DNA of 64,000 nucleotides from assembly GCA_963831685.1 (NCBI GenBank), contig CAWHRJ010000014.1, positions 94,612-158,611 on the forward strand. The letters run 5' to 3'. This document shows positions 32,728 through 41,325 of this stretch, piece by piece. The notes under the pieces are model-generated. The model saw nothing but the letters and a program-made list of their open reading frames with translations, was not told where the DNA came from and did no database searches. Source of the DNA: an uncultured Pseudomonadota bacterium. GTDB lineage: Bacteria; Myxococcota_A; Polyangia; Fen-1088. Made by a program: the position numbers and the translations under genes. Position 1 is the stretch's first letter. Every line of letters starts with the position of its first letter.

Positions 32728-34059
32728 ATGCCCAGCCACGTCGGTTCCAAGCTCTTCGTCGACCTGACGATCGCCTTCCGCAACCTGGTGCAGCACCAAC
32801 GGCGCACGCTCTTTCTCGGCTTGGCGATCGCCGCGGTGACGGCGCTGCTGGTGCTGCTCAACGGTCTTTCGACCGGCGTGCGCGAAACGATGATCGACAC
32901 CGCCACGACGCTCTCGACCGGCCACGTCAACGTGGGCGGCTTCTACAAGGTGACGGCCGGACAGGCGGCGCCGGTGGTGACCGACTACAAGAAGGTTCTG
33001 GAGGTGGTCAAGAAGGCGGTCCCCGAGATGGCCTACGCCGTCCAGCGCGGGCGCGGCTGGGCCAAGGTCGTCTCCGACACCGGGTCGATGCAGCTCGGCA
33101 TCACCGGGATCGACGTCAAGAGCGAGCCCAAGTTTGCCTCCGTGCTGCAGCTGGTGAGCGGAAAGCTCGACGATCTTCAGCAGCCGGGGACGATTCTCCT
33201 CTTCGACAACCAGTCGGACAAGCTGGGGGTCAAGGTGGGCGACGCCATCACGATCTCGGCCCCCACCACGCGCGGCACCAACAACACCATCGACGTAAGG
33301 GTGGTGGCGATCGCGCACAGCCTGGGGCTGCTCAGCAGCTGGAACGCGTTCATCCCGATCGAGAGCCTGCGCGCGCTCTACCAGCTCAATCAGGACTCGA
33401 CGGGCGTCATCCAGATCATGCTCCACCGAAAGGACTTCGATCGCATCCCGGCGATCGCCGCCCGGCTGCGACAGTCGCTCGGGGAGGCCGGGTATCGGAT
33501 GATGGAGCCCGACCCGCGCGCGTTCTGGATGAAGTTCCAGTCGGTCTCGCGCGAAGACTGGACAGGACAGAAGCTGGACGTGACGAACTGGGAAGACGAG
33601 ATCTCGTTCATGACCTGGACGCTGAAGGCGTTGCAGGGGCTGTCGGCGGTGCTGATCGTCATCTTGGTCGCCATCATCATCATCGGCATCATGAACACCA
33701 TGTGGATCGCCATCCGCGAGCGCACCCGCGAGATCGGGACGTTGCGGGCCATCGGCATGCACCGGCGCGAGGTGCTCTGGATGTTCCTGCTCGAGTCGAT
33801 CATGCTCGGCTTCGGAGCGACGGTCGCCGGCGTGATTGCCGGCGCCGCCATCGCCGCGGGGCTCAACGCGGCGCACGTCCCCGTGCCGACCGGGCTGCAG
33901 TTCTTCCTGATGTCGCCGCACCTCCACCTCGCGGTGCACGCTTCCCTGCTCGTGCAGTCCGTCTTGATCATCACCCTCGTCACGGCGGTGGCTGCGCTCT
34001 ACCCCTCGATGAAGGCGGCGCGGCTGCAGCCGGTCGACGCCATGTCCCACTTCGGATGA
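32728..34059 (+). CDS. ABC transporter permease, FtsX/LolE-like
   Basis: 443 aa. TM1, a periplasmic domain of about 230 aa, and a C-terminal FtsX 3-TM module. Starts 3 bp after the previous stop. Confidence 0.8.
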   Translation: MPSHVGSKLFVDLTIAFRNLVQHQRRTLFLGLAIAAVTALLVLLNGLSTGVRETMIDTATTLSTGHVNVGGFYKVTAGQAAPVVTDYKKVLEVVKKAVPEMAYAVQRGRGWAKVVSDTGSMQLGITGIDVKSEPKFASVLQLVSGKLDDLQQPGTILLFDNQSDKLGVKVGDAITISAPTTRGTNNTIDVRVVAIAHSLGLLSSWNAFIPIESLRALYQLNQDSTGVIQIMLHRKDFDRIPAIAARLRQSLGEAGYRMMEPDPRAFWMKFQSVSREDWTGQKLDVTNWEDEISFMTWTLKALQGLSAVLIVILVAIIIIGIMNTMWIAIRERTREIGTLRAIGMHRREVLWMFLLESIMLGFGATVAGVIAGAAIAAGLNAAHVPVPTGLQFFLMSPHLHLAVHASLLVQSVLIITLVTAVAALYPSMKAARLQPVDAMSHFG

Positions 34060-34877
34060 AAACGACCATGACCCAGCAAACGCGACGATGGACCCTGGCA
34101 GTGCTCGCCGCCGCGACGCTCAACCTGACACCCGGCTTCGGGACGCGGGGCCGCGCCTACGCTGCGCTCACCAACCAGCAGATGGTCGACCTCCTCAAGC
34201 TGGTCGACGATCGCCAGAAGAACAACGGCGACTGGCGGGCGCAGGCGTATCTCGAACAGAAGGAGAAGGACAAGGTCGACACCGTCTACGAGACGGAGTA
34301 CTTCCGGCGCTCCTCGGATCAGAAGTTCATGATCCTGTTCACCAAGCCCAAGTCGTCGGCGGGGCAGGGCTACCTGCGCATCGACAAGAACCTCTGGTTC
34401 TACGACCCGTCGGTGGGCAAGTGGGAGCGGCGGACCGAGCGCGAGCGGATCGGCGGCACGAATTCACGTCGGTCGGACTTCGACGAGTCGCGGCTGGCCG
34501 AGGAGTACGACCCCACCGACGAGGGGGAAGAGAAGCTGGGCGTCTACACGGCGCAGAAGCTGAAGCTGACCGGCAAGCCGGGACAGGACCTGGCCTTCCC
34601 CGTCATCCACATCTGGATCGACAAGGAGAGCAAGAACATCCTCAAGCGCCAGGAGTACGCGCTGTCGGGGCGGCTCCTGCGGACCTCGTACTACACGAAG
34701 TGGAAGAAGATCTGGAGCCCCTCGAAGAAAGGCGACACCTGGTATCCCGAGGAGATCCGCTTCTACGACGAGGTCGAGAAGGCCAACCAGACGCTGGTGC
34801 TGATCAAGTCGGTCGATCCGAACCCGCTGCCGCAGAACCTCTTCACCAAGGCCTGGCTCGAGAGCAAGAGTAGATGA
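34056..34877 (+). CDS. Outer-membrane lipoprotein-sorting protein-like (LolA-fold) periplasmic protein
   Basis: Signal peptide. Conserved LolA-like core (...FMILFTKPKSSAGQGYLRIDKNLWFYDPSVGKWERR...), about 270 aa. ATG overlaps the upstream stop (ATGA). Confidence 0.7.
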   Translation: MKTTMTQQTRRWTLAVLAAATLNLTPGFGTRGRAYAALTNQQMVDLLKLVDDRQKNNGDWRAQAYLEQKEKDKVDTVYETEYFRRSSDQKFMILFTKPKSSAGQGYLRIDKNLWFYDPSVGKWERRTERERIGGTNSRRSDFDESRLAEEYDPTDEGEEKLGVYTAQKLKLTGKPGQDLAFPVIHIWIDKESKNILKRQEYALSGRLLRTSYYTKWKKIWSPSKKGDTWYPEEIRFYDEVEKANQTLVLIKSVDPNPLPQNLFTKAWLESKSR

Positions 34878-36475
34878 CGACGATCGGGCGGATGGTCGTC
34901 GCCGCCGCGCTGATTGCCGCGACGGCGGCGTCGGCGCGGGCCGAGGATCGCCCGAGCGAGCAGGACATCTTCGGCGGCGGTGCCGCGACGCCGAGCCCGA
35001 CGCCGGCTCCCGCCGCGCCGGCTGCCGCGCCCGAGACAGCGCCGTCGTCGTCGCCCCCCGCCGGTCCTCCCGCGGCCGGTCCTCCCGCGAGCGCCGCAGG
35101 CGGCGGCACGGCGCGCGACCAGGAGCTCTTGGGCGGCACCGGCGATGCCAAGTTCCTCTCCGACTACGTCGCGCCCGAGAACCCGCTGCAGATCGGCGGT
35201 CAACTCTACCTGCGCATGCAATCGACCGCCTACGGCGGCCAGGCCCCCGCCGAGTGGTCGCTGTCGGCGCCCAGCCTCCTCGACCTCTACCTCGACGCGC
35301 GCCCCAACCCGCGCGTGCGCGCCTTCATCCTGGGACGGATGAGCTACGACCCGACGCTGCCGCTCAGCACGCCCACCCTCAACGCGGGTATGAGCACCGC
35401 GACGTCCGGCGGCGCGCTGGCGGCCGGGAACCCGACCGGCTTCTCCACCTTCAGCACCGGTCGCGGGCCGAACACGTTGCTCGATCAGATGTGGATCCGG
35501 TTCGACATCTTCGAGAAGGTGTTCGTGACCGCCGGCAAGCAGCACGTGCGCTGGGGGACCGGACACTTCTGGCAGCCGACCGACTATCTGCACCAGCAGA
35601 AGCGCAACCCCCTCGACGTCTTCGACGCCCGCCCCGGGGCGACGATGTTGAAGGTGAACATCCCCTGGGAGGAGAAGGGGTGGAACTTCTACGGGTTCGC
35701 CATCGCCGAGGATCCCAACGCCCCAACCCCGACGGTCGGCGACGTGGCGGGCGCCTTTCGTGTCGAGGCGGTCATCGCCGGCGTCGAGGTCGGCGCCGAC
35801 ACCTATCTGCGGCGTCACCAGAATCCCCGCATCGGCCTCGATTTCTCGACGGGGATCTGGGACCTGGACGTGTACGGCGACGTCGCCTTCCGCCCGGGCA
35901 CCGACTTCCTGCACGACTTCCCGCAGTACGGCGACTTCTACGCCTTCGACGGCTACGAGACGCAGGCGGTGGGCGGAGTCAGCTACTCGCACAAGTACAA
36001 CGACAACGACGTCTGGACCCTGGGCGCGGAGTACTTCTACAACCACCCCGGCTATACGGGGACTGGGGCCCCAGTGCAGGTGATCCAGGACGCGCTCGCC
36101 AGCAAGAGCCCGGCGGTCATGGCCGACCCGTTCGCCGTGCTCCCGTTCTTCTACTTCGGCCAGCAATATGCCGCGGTCTACCTGAACCTCCCAGCGCCCT
36201 ACTCGTGGAACTACACCAACTTCACGCTCTCGACGCTGGGCAATCTCTCGGACCGGTCGTTCATCACCCGGGTCGATTACTCGGTCACGGTGCTCACCCA
36301 CCTCACCGTCCAGGCATTCGCGGGCGTGCACTACGGGAGCATCGGCGGCGAGTTCCGGCTCTCGCTGCCGCCGCTGGTCGCCGGCGAGATCCCCGGACTC
36401 TCGCCGGCCCAGCTTGCGACGTTCACCAACTACCCGGTCTTCGACCTGGGCGCTGCGCTCCTCATCAAGCTCTGA
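34874..36475 (+). CDS. Putative outer-membrane protein (signal peptide, Pro/Ala-rich linker, beta-rich C-terminal domain)
   Basis: Cleavable signal ...AASARA. Low-complexity PAPAAPAAAPE linker. About 400 aa rich in alternating aromatic/hydrophobic residues and Gly. Translationally coupled to the LolA-like gene (ATGA overlap). Confidence 0.55.
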   Translation: MTTIGRMVVAAALIAATAASARAEDRPSEQDIFGGGAATPSPTPAPAAPAAAPETAPSSSPPAGPPAAGPPASAAGGGTARDQELLGGTGDAKFLSDYVAPENPLQIGGQLYLRMQSTAYGGQAPAEWSLSAPSLLDLYLDARPNPRVRAFILGRMSYDPTLPLSTPTLNAGMSTATSGGALAAGNPTGFSTFSTGRGPNTLLDQMWIRFDIFEKVFVTAGKQHVRWGTGHFWQPTDYLHQQKRNPLDVFDARPGATMLKVNIPWEEKGWNFYGFAIAEDPNAPTPTVGDVAGAFRVEAVIAGVEVGADTYLRRHQNPRIGLDFSTGIWDLDVYGDVAFRPGTDFLHDFPQYGDFYAFDGYETQAVGGVSYSHKYNDNDVWTLGAEYFYNHPGYTGTGAPVQVIQDALASKSPAVMADPFAVLPFFYFGQQYAAVYLNLPAPYSWNYTNFTLSTLGNLSDRSFITRVDYSVTVLTHLTVQAFAGVHYGSIGGEFRLSLPPLVAGEIPGLSPAQLATFTNYPVFDLGAALLIKL

Positions 36476-36492
36476 CGCCGAGCTCCACGCGC

Positions 36493-37893
36493 TCAGTTGT
36501 TGTTGTCGTCGTCGTCGTCGTCGCGCTTCTGGCCCTGCAGTTTTTTCGGGCGCGGGATCTTGTAGAGATCGAGCTTGTTCACGAACGTCCGCCGCGGCAT
36601 GCGGAGCAGCTCGGCGGCCCGGCTCTGGTTTCCGGCGCAGGCCTCCAGGGCGGCGATGATCTTCTCGCGCTCGCTCGGCGCCGCCATCTTCTGCGTGTCC
36701 ACCCGCGGCGGGGGCGTCGAGCCCGAAGGCGGCGCGGGTGTCGGCGCCAGCTTCTCGAGCGGGAGGTGCTCGGGTCCGATGATCGGGCCCGTGCTCAGCA
36801 GGACCGCCCGCTCGACGACGTTCTTGAGCTCGCGGATGTTCCCCGGCCAGGCGTAGGCCTCGAGGAGCTCCATGAGCGGCGGTGGCAGCACCGGCGGTGG
36901 GCGGCCGAGGTCGCGGCAGATCTGGCGGGCGAACGTCTCGGCGAGGTAGGGGATCTCGACGACCCGCGTGCGGAGCGGCGGAATGGTCAGCGTCATGCCG
37001 TTGAGCCGGAAGTAGAGGTCCTGGCGAAACGAGCCGCGGCCCACCTCGGCCTCGAGCTCCCGGTTGGTGGCCGCGATGAAGCGGACGTCGATGCGGCGCG
37101 GGCGCACGCTGCCGAGCCTCGTCACCTCGCGCGTCTCGATCACCCGCAGCAGCTTCGCCTGCGTGGCCAGCGGCAGCTCGCCCACCTCGTCGAGGAACAG
37201 CGTCCCGCCGGCCGCCGTCTCCAGCAGGCCGGGCTTGGCCGCCACCGCGCCCGTGAAGGCGCCGCGCTCGTGACCAAAGAGCTCGCTCTCGAGCAGCGTC
37301 TCCGACAGGGCCGCGCAGTTGAGGCAGACGTAGGGGCCGTCGCGGCGGGGCGAAGCGCGGTGGACCGTCTCGGCCAGCAGCTCCTTCCCGACGCCCGTCT
37401 CGCCGGCGACGAGGACGTTGATCGTTCCGGCCGCGGCGCGCTCGGCCAGCGCCATCACCTTCTTCATCGCCTCGGCGCGTGGCGCGGGCGTCTCGCTCGG
37501 AAGCCCGGTGTCGCGCAGCGTCTCGGGGCGCATCTCCTCGACCGGCGCCGTGCGGCGCTGAACGATCAGCACGCACGCGCCGATCTGCACCGTGTCGCCG
37601 ATCCGGATCGGGACCCGCTCGCCGCGCTGGATCGGCTGGTCCTTGATCCGGGTGCCGTTGACGCTTCCCAGGTCCTCCAGCGCCATCGCTTCGCCGACGT
37701 GCAGGCAGGCGTGCGCGCGCGAGGCGAGCGGATCGTCGATCCGCACGGCGTTGGTCTCCCCGCGGCCGATGGTCAGCGAACCCGTGGCGGGGAGGTTGTA
37801 GGTTGCGTAAGAGTCGCGACCCACCACCAGCAGGAAGGCGCTGGCCGCATCCTCCTCGTTCTGGGCCGCGACGATGGTGGTCCTTCCGCGCAT
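36493..37893 (-). CDS. Sigma-54-dependent transcriptional activator with an N-terminal FHA domain and C-terminal Fis-type HTH
   Basis: FHA motifs (GR...VRIDD...SRAHA). AAA+ sigma-54 interaction region ([22 protein letters not shown]). C-terminal HTH. Ends in an Asp/Asn homopolymer (DDDDDDNNN) encoded by a GTC/GTT microsatellite. Confidence 0.85.
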   Translation of the reverse strand: MRGRTTIVAAQNEEDAASAFLLVVGRDSYATYNLPATGSLTIGRGETNAVRIDDPLASRAHACLHVGEAMALEDLGSVNGTRIKDQPIQRGERVPIRIGDTVQIGACVLIVQRRTAPVEEMRPETLRDTGLPSETPAPRAEAMKKVMALAERAAAGTINVLVAGETGVGKELLAETVHRASPRRDGPYVCLNCAALSETLLESELFGHERGAFTGAVAAKPGLLETAAGGTLFLDEVGELPLATQAKLLRVIETREVTRLGSVRPRRIDVRFIAATNRELEAEVGRGSFRQDLYFRLNGMTLTIPPLRTRVVEIPYLAETFARQICRDLGRPPPVLPPPLMELLEAYAWPGNIRELKNVVERAVLLSTGPIIGPEHLPLEKLAPTPAPPSGSTPPPRVDTQKMAAPSEREKIIAALEACAGNQSRAAELLRMPRRTFVNKLDLYKIPRPKKLQGQKRDDDDDDNNN

Positions 37894-37941
37894 CGCCTCC
37901 GGCAGTATGTCGATCCGCGCCCCCGCTGAGCAAGAGGCACT

Positions 37942-37969
37942 TGCGCAAGTTGTGCAACGGCTGCGCAAC
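37942..37969. promoter_or_regulatory. Three direct repeats TG(C/T)GCAA(C) at 10-bp phasing (37942, 37952, 37962) in the divergent region between the sigma-54 activator and the ECF sigma gene
   Basis: TTGCGCAAGTTGTGCAACGGCTGCGCAAC. The first copy is part of the palindrome TTGCGCAA. The helical phasing suggests a regulator-binding site. Confidence 0.35.
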
Positions 37970-38045
37970 TCGCGCCGTCGAAACCCATGGTCTCAAGTAA
38001 TTTCAGTAGGTTAGCCACGGCACAGCGGTTGCTAAATAGGAGGGC

Positions 38046-38543
38046 ATGCATACCGAAGAAATGGTCTCTCGCTACGAAGCGGTCCTCTACGCCCGGGCCA
38101 TGCGCCTCCTGCGCACCCGCTCGGACGCCCTCGATCTGGTGCAGGACACCTACGAGCGGGCGCTGCGCGGCAAGGCGAGCTTCACGCCCGGGACCAACCT
38201 GCGGCACTGGCTGATGACGATCATGTACAACCTGTTCCTCGATCGCTGCCGGCGCACGTCGCGCGAGCCACGCTCCTTCTCCATCGACGATCATGAGGTC
38301 GCCAGCCCCGAGCCTTACGTGCCCGAGGACTGGGAGGCGATCACCAAGGAGCAGATCCACGCGGCGCTGGCCGATCTCGAGCGGCCGTTCCGCGAGGTCT
38401 ACGAGCTGCGGCTCCTCGAGAACTGCAGCTACGACGAGATCGCCGACAAGCTGACCATCCCGCGGTCGACGGTCGGCACGCGTCTCATGCGCGCCCGCCA
38501 CAAGCTCCGCCAGACCCTGCGCGCCACAGTGGCCTCGAGCTGA
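38046..38543 (+). CDS. ECF-family RNA polymerase sigma factor
   Basis: Sigma-70 region 2 (DLVQDTYERAL...HWLMTIMYNLFLD) and region 4 (YELRLLENCSYDEIADKLTIPRSTVGTRLMRARHKL). 165 aa. Confidence 0.8.
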   Translation: MHTEEMVSRYEAVLYARAMRLLRTRSDALDLVQDTYERALRGKASFTPGTNLRHWLMTIMYNLFLDRCRRTSREPRSFSIDDHEVASPEPYVPEDWEAITKEQIHAALADLERPFREVYELRLLENCSYDEIADKLTIPRSTVGTRLMRARHKLRQTLRATVASS

Positions 38544-38563
38544 CCGAAGCGATCGCGTAGGGC

Positions 38564-39940
38564 TCAAAGCCGGTCGCCGTCGGCGTCGTAGACGACCGGC
38601 GGCGGGAGGCCGAGATCGCGCAGGCCCGGTTCGATGGCGGCGCGGTCACCGACGATCACGATGCAGGCGGCATCCGGGTCGATGTAGCGCGCCGCGAGGG
38701 TGCGCAGGTCATCCGCCGTGGTCTGTTCCAGCGCGGCCACGAAGCGGCGCGACTCGTCGAGCGGCAGCCCGTAGAGGCCGATGTCGCCGAAGCCGGCGGC
38801 GATGCCCCCGGTCGTCGCCAGCCCTTCGGCGACGCGCATGAGCAGGGTGGCGCGCGCCTTGGCGTGCTCATCGGCGGTGACCGGGCGCTCGCGCAGGCCG
38901 GCGAGCTCGCCCAGCATCTCGCGGACGGCCGGCGCGGTCGATTCGGCGAACACCGCGGCGCGCGCCGCGAAGCTGCCGGGGCGGCGTAGAAAGGCGAAGC
39001 TCGACGACGCGCCGTAGGTGAAGCCGTTCTTCTCGCGCAGGTTGAAGTTGAGCCGGCTGGTGAAGCTGCCGCCCAGGATGGCGTTCAACATCGCCAGCCC
39101 CGGGCGATCGGGCGAGCGGCGATCGGTCCCCGGCGCCACCAGCCTCACGACGCTCTGGGGGGCGCCCGGGCGATCGACGATCGCCAGGCGCGGGCGCGCC
39201 GGCCAGGCGGGCGGCGCCGGCGGCTCGGGGGCCGGCGCGCCGGTCCAGTCGCCGAGCGCCGTCTCGAGGCGTGCGCGCAGGCTGGCCCCGTCGAAGTCGC
39301 CCGCCACCACGAGAAACGCATTGTTCGGGCGCCAATGGGCCTGGTGAAACGCCCGGACGTCGGCCAGGGTGAGCCGCTCGAGCGTTCGGGTGAACCCCTC
39401 GACCGGCCGGCCGTAGGGGTGCGCGTCGCCGAACAGCAGGCGATCGGAGACGATGCTGACCACCGCTTCCGGTTGATCGCGGCGCTGCTCGGTGGCGGTC
39501 TTGCGATCGGCCAGCACGCGCTCCCAGTCCGATTCGGCGAGCCGCGGGCGGCACAGCACGTCGCCCGCGATGTCGAGCGCCGCGAAGAAGGTCTCGCGCG
39601 GCGCCTGCACCGACAGCTGCGAGCCGTCCCGGCCGCTCCCCAGCCACAGGTCGGCGCCCAGGCGCTCGAGCTCGTCGGCCAGCGCGAGCGCGTCACGCGT
39701 CCCCGCCCCCTCGTCGAGCATCTCGGCCGTCAGCGAGGCGAGCCCCGACAGCTCGGGTGCGTCGTCGCCGGCGCCGCTGCGGATCATGAGCGCCGCCGAC
39801 ACGATCGGCGCCACCTCGCGCCGGACGGTCACCACCTCGAGGCCGCTCGCCAGCGTAAACCGTTCGGTGGGTGGGATCGAGACGCTCGGCAGCGGCCCGA
39901 CGGCCGGCGCCTCCTTCATCGTCTCGGGCGCCTCGATCAC
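38564..39940 (-). CDS. M16-family peptidase, non-catalytic (no HxxEH) subunit-like
   Basis: Pitrilysin-fold homology across the full length. Lacks the inverted zinc motif. Start codon overlaps the upstream paralogue's stop (GTGA). Confidence 0.7.
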   Translation of the reverse strand: MIEAPETMKEAPAVGPLPSVSIPPTERFTLASGLEVVTVRREVAPIVSAALMIRSGAGDDAPELSGLASLTAEMLDEGAGTRDALALADELERLGADLWLGSGRDGSQLSVQAPRETFFAALDIAGDVLCRPRLAESDWERVLADRKTATEQRRDQPEAVVSIVSDRLLFGDAHPYGRPVEGFTRTLERLTLADVRAFHQAHWRPNNAFLVVAGDFDGASLRARLETALGDWTGAPAPEPPAPPAWPARPRLAIVDRPGAPQSVVRLVAPGTDRRSPDRPGLAMLNAILGGSFTSRLNFNLREKNGFTYGASSSFAFLRRPGSFAARAAVFAESTAPAVREMLGELAGLRERPVTADEHAKARATLLMRVAEGLATTGGIAAGFGDIGLYGLPLDESRRFVAALEQTTADDLRTLAARYIDPDAACIVIVGDRAAIEPGLRDLGLPPPVVYDADGDRL

Positions 39941-41286
39941 GCGCTCACCGGTTCAAGTCCGGGAACCCTCGAAGGGTTCCCGGGCCCTCCCGCGATGGAC
40001 TCCGCCGGGCTGAGCCCGGCTGCGTCCGCGCGTTCCGGAAGCGTCCGCAGCACGAGCCGCTTTCCCCCGAGGGCGCGCGCGAAGGCGTCGCGCACCGACG
40101 CGCAGGTGGCGGCGGTGTAGCGGGCGACGTCGCGCTGCACGCCGTCCGGATCGCCGAGCAGGTTCTGATAGTGGTTGAGGAGATCGGCCCGCGTCTGCAG
40201 GTGGTCGAGGCTCTTGTAGAAATCGGCCAGGTGCGTGTTGCGGGCGCGCGCGAGCTCCGCCTCGGTCGGCCCCTCGGCGGCGAAGCGGGCCATCTCCGCG
40301 TCGACCGCCGTGCCGATCTCGGCGAGGTCATGGTTTGGCTTGGCGGTGGCGCCGACGTGGAAGAGGCTGCCGAGCATCTGCGACCCCTGGTAGGCGAAGA
40401 CGTCCTGGGCGATGCGGCGCTCGAACACCAGCGCCTTGTAGAGGCGGCTCGACTTGCCGCCCCCCAGCACGTGCGCCGCCATATCCAGATCGGCGTCGCC
40501 GGGGGCGAACAGCGCCGGCGTGTGCCAGGCGAGCCGCAGCCGCGGCAGCTGCACCCGATCGGTCGTCGAGATCTCGATGTCGGCGGCCAGGCGCGGCGCG
40601 GGCGGCGGCGGGCGCCGTTCCGGCGGATCGCGACGCGGCTGCCAGCCGAAGTAGCGATCGATCATCTCGCGCGCGGCGGCCGGGTCGAAGTCGCCCGCCA
40701 CGACCAGGCTGGTGTTCGAGGGCCGGTAGAAGCGATCGAAGAAGGCGCGCACGTCCTCCACGGTGGCCGCTTCGAGGTCCTCGTGCGAGCCGATGGTCGG
40801 CCAGTGGTACGGGTGGTCCGCGGGGTACATCGCGTCCGGGATCGCCAGCTCGGCCCGCCCGTAGGGTCGGTTTTCGTAGGATTGCCGCCGCTCGTTCTGA
40901 ACGACCTTGAGCTGCTTCTCCAGCTCTTCCGCCGTGATGACGTCGGGGAGGGTGGCCAGCCGATCGGCCTCCAGCCAGAGAAACGTCTCGAGCAGATTGC
41001 GGGGGCCGATCTCGTAGTAGTTCGTCCGGTCGTTGCTGGTGGTGCCGTTGTTGTGGCCGCCCCAGCTCTCCATGATCTCGTCGAACGCCGGGTAGGGGGC
41101 GTGGCGCGAGCCCATGAACATGAGGTGCTCGAAGAGGTGCGCGAACCCCGTCCGCCCGGGCACCTCGTCTTTCGAGCCGACGTGGTACCAGAGATCGACG
41201 GCCACGAGCGGGCTCGAACGGTCCGTGTGAAAAATCACCTGGAGGCCGTTCGCCAGCGTGTACGATTCGAACTCGATTTTGAGCAT
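39937..41286 (-). CDS. M16-family zinc peptidase (pitrilysin-like), catalytic
   Basis: Inverted zinc motif HLFEHLMF (HxxEH) and a downstream Glu ligand region. Start placed at MLKIEFESYTLANG. The last 30 or so codons are encoded by a repeated structured element (39961-39999). Confidence 0.75.
   Translation of the reverse strand: MLKIEFESYTLANGLQVIFHTDRSSPLVAVDLWYHVGSKDEVPGRTGFAHLFEHLMFMGSRHAPYPAFDEIMESWGGHNNGTTSNDRTNYYEIGPRNLLETFLWLEADRLATLPDVITAEELEKQLKVVQNERRQSYENRPYGRAELAIPDAMYPADHPYHWPTIGSHEDLEAATVEDVRAFFDRFYRPSNTSLVVAGDFDPAAAREMIDRYFGWQPRRDPPERRPPPPAPRLAADIEISTTDRVQLPRLRLAWHTPALFAPGDADLDMAAHVLGGGKSSRLYKALVFERRIAQDVFAYQGSQMLGSLFHVGATAKPNHDLAEIGTAVDAEMARFAAEGPTEAELARARNTHLADFYKSLDHLQTRADLLNHYQNLLGDPDGVQRDVARYTAATCASVRDAFARALGGKRLVLRTLPERADAAGLSPAESIAGGPGNPSRVPGLEPVSA
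39961..39999. repeat. Structured repeat element copy B (hairpin CCCGGGAACCCT-CGAA-AGGGTTCCCGGG, then GCCCTCCCGCGA, then a second hairpin)
   Basis: Second copy of the element seen at 16407-16445. Preceded by a tRNA T-arm-like GGTTCAAGTCC. Confidence 0.5.
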
Positions 41287-41325
41287 CGGCGCGGGGGCGA
41301 GGCGCGCGCATAATGGCACGAATCG

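Noticed and set aside
34763-37996. 1077-aa minus-strand ORF covering the outer-membrane protein gene and the sigma-54 activator gene
   Set aside because: Alternative-frame artefact. The real genes are the plus-strand outer-membrane protein gene and the in-frame FHA/sigma-54 activator (36493..37893).
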